Virus record (IMG/VR): IMGVR_UViG_3300048591_000212 | Length of the DNA stretch: 64,000 nucleotides | Direction: 5' to 3' (one strand) | DNA from: a virus | Lineage: Duplodnaviria; Heunggongvirae; Uroviricota; Caudoviricetes | In this document: piece by piece, positions 63,033-64,000 of the stretch | Layout: every line of letters begins with the position of its first letter | Numbering within the stretch: position 1 is the first letter of the stretch | The notes under the pieces: model-generated | Databases searched by the model: none | Told to the model about the DNA's origin: nothing | Seen by the model: only the letters and a program-made list of their open reading frames with translations | Made by a program: the position numbers and the translations under genes

Positions 63033-64000
63033 ATCGTTTAAGTCTTTTTCTATCAATGAGTCTGCCTTGGATAAGGATTGGGGTTGGTTTGACCCAGACT
63101 ATAAGCTGTACTCCTTCAGTAATTTAAAGAGATTGGTGGACGCCGGAAAGATTCAAAATCCGGGTATTCTGAGACGTATGAAGGATCATTATGATTTCAT
63201 TGGATATATAACAAACGGAAAGATAACCAGCAGCACCACTGCCATCAAGCAGGGTTGGGTTCGGTGGATGATTACTGAGGGAGAAAATCTCTATATTCAT
63301 TTCGAAAAAAATGTGACAGATAGAAAGAAATTTCTCGAATCATTTATGGCTAAGATGAAGACGCCATATAAGGGCGTGGTTATTGAGGTTCAGGACGGCT
63401 ATAATCTTCTGACTGATTATGGTATGGATCTTACTCCCGCTCAGTTTATTGAATATTTCGATACCGAAAAGTTGTGGTCCTTTAAGGATCGAAAGGAAAG
63501 AAGACTGGACGAAAGACAATATCATGATACATACAAGGAATGGGGCCTGATGTCTCCCTCTGGAAAATTCTATTCATCTCTTGATCCAATGTTTTCTGAG
63601 TTTATGGACGAGAATAATCCACTTAATTTTTTTCATGGTAGTATGTGGGAGTTTATTAGTACCGGAAAGATATCAAAATTCAATAATCGAGCAACTAGAG
63701 AGAAAAAAGCCAAAAAATTCGAACAGGCAGTAGACGACTCTGGCTGGATTCGGTGGGCGGTTGAGGACATTAAATGGAGAGACGCTGTATACTTAAATAT
63801 CGATATGAATTTGGGAAAGGTGTCTCTAAGAAATATTCTGAAATTACTGAAAAACATTTCGGCGGATTATAGAAAAATTCATCTGGACTTGACTGACCGT
63901 GGATATAATTTTGTGAATCGGACTCAGTTTCTTTCCTTTCTGAAGACGGAATTGTTGGATGAAAATGTTTCTGTGTTTAACGAAGACCCCCACGAAATTG
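63025..64000 (+). CDS. GWxRW-family polyprotein (3' truncated by the window edge; absent from the ORF track)
   Basis: MIKSFKSFSINE; module 1 DWGWF..H..GWVRW; LDE| module 2 EWGLMSPSG..H..GWIRW; FNE|DPHEI starts module 3; frame open to the end. Confidence 0.85.
   Translation, partial: MIKSFKSFSINESALDKDWGWFDPDYKLYSFSNLKRLVDAGKIQNPGILRRMKDHYDFIGYITNGKITSSTTAIKQGWVRWMITEGENLYIHFEKNVTDRKKFLESFMAKMKTPYKGVVIEVQDGYNLLTDYGMDLTPAQFIEYFDTEKLWSFKDRKERRLDERQYHDTYKEWGLMSPSGKFYSSLDPMFSEFMDENNPLNFFHGSMWEFISTGKISKFNNRATREKKAKKFEQAVDDSGWIRWAVEDIKWRDAVYLNIDMNLGKVSLRNILKLLKNISADYRKIHLDLTDRGYNFVNRTQFLSFLKTELLDENVSVFNEDPHEI

Noticed and set aside
1-64000. Genome-wide TAG or TGA reassignment
   Set aside because: Core genes are uninterrupted in code 11, and TAG/TGA end genes at tight junctions (dut TAG 3447, gp15 TAG, guaC TGA). 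The three in-frame stops are confined to tiny accessory ORFs.

Overview
A 64-kb segment of a large T4-like myophage genome, not a cellular chromosome. It carries the T4 core: gp32, gp43, UvsX, gp41, gp55, gp47/46, gp61, neck/tail gp13-15 and small terminase gp16. It also encodes nucleotide metabolism genes (dut, guaC, thyX, class II nrdJ, a 5'-nucleotidase), PseT, Hsp20, GH19 and SleB hydrolases, a glycosyltransferase/methyltransferase island and collagen-like tail fibres. Main points of interest: (1) a circularly permuted two-piece tmRNA gene (36688-36915, minus strand; tag ANNNFAYAYAA); (2) gp41 and gp46 are each broken at the P-loop into two ORFs carrying atypically split inteins (18-aa and 36-aa N-halves) with a free-standing endonuclease gene between the halves, and nrdJ has a third, contiguous intein; (3) at least 8 copies of an uncharacterised ~120-170 aa W/Y-G-x...H...G-W-x-R-W domain, each preceded by a prohead-protease-like L/I/F-x-E site, within a larger set of proteins with capsid-targeting-like N-termini (kinase-ART fusion, ligase-like protein, HIGH nucleotidyltransferase, GP88-like radical-SAM protein, methyltransferase); (4) a 125-nt tRNA-like RNA with a 53-nt variable arm; (5) three promoter classes with widespread leaderless starts, an RBS-occluding hairpin opened by a late promoter, and a candidate origin. 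The host is unknown; weak clues point to Acidobacteria. All family assignments come from motif recognition by eye, and no database search was run.
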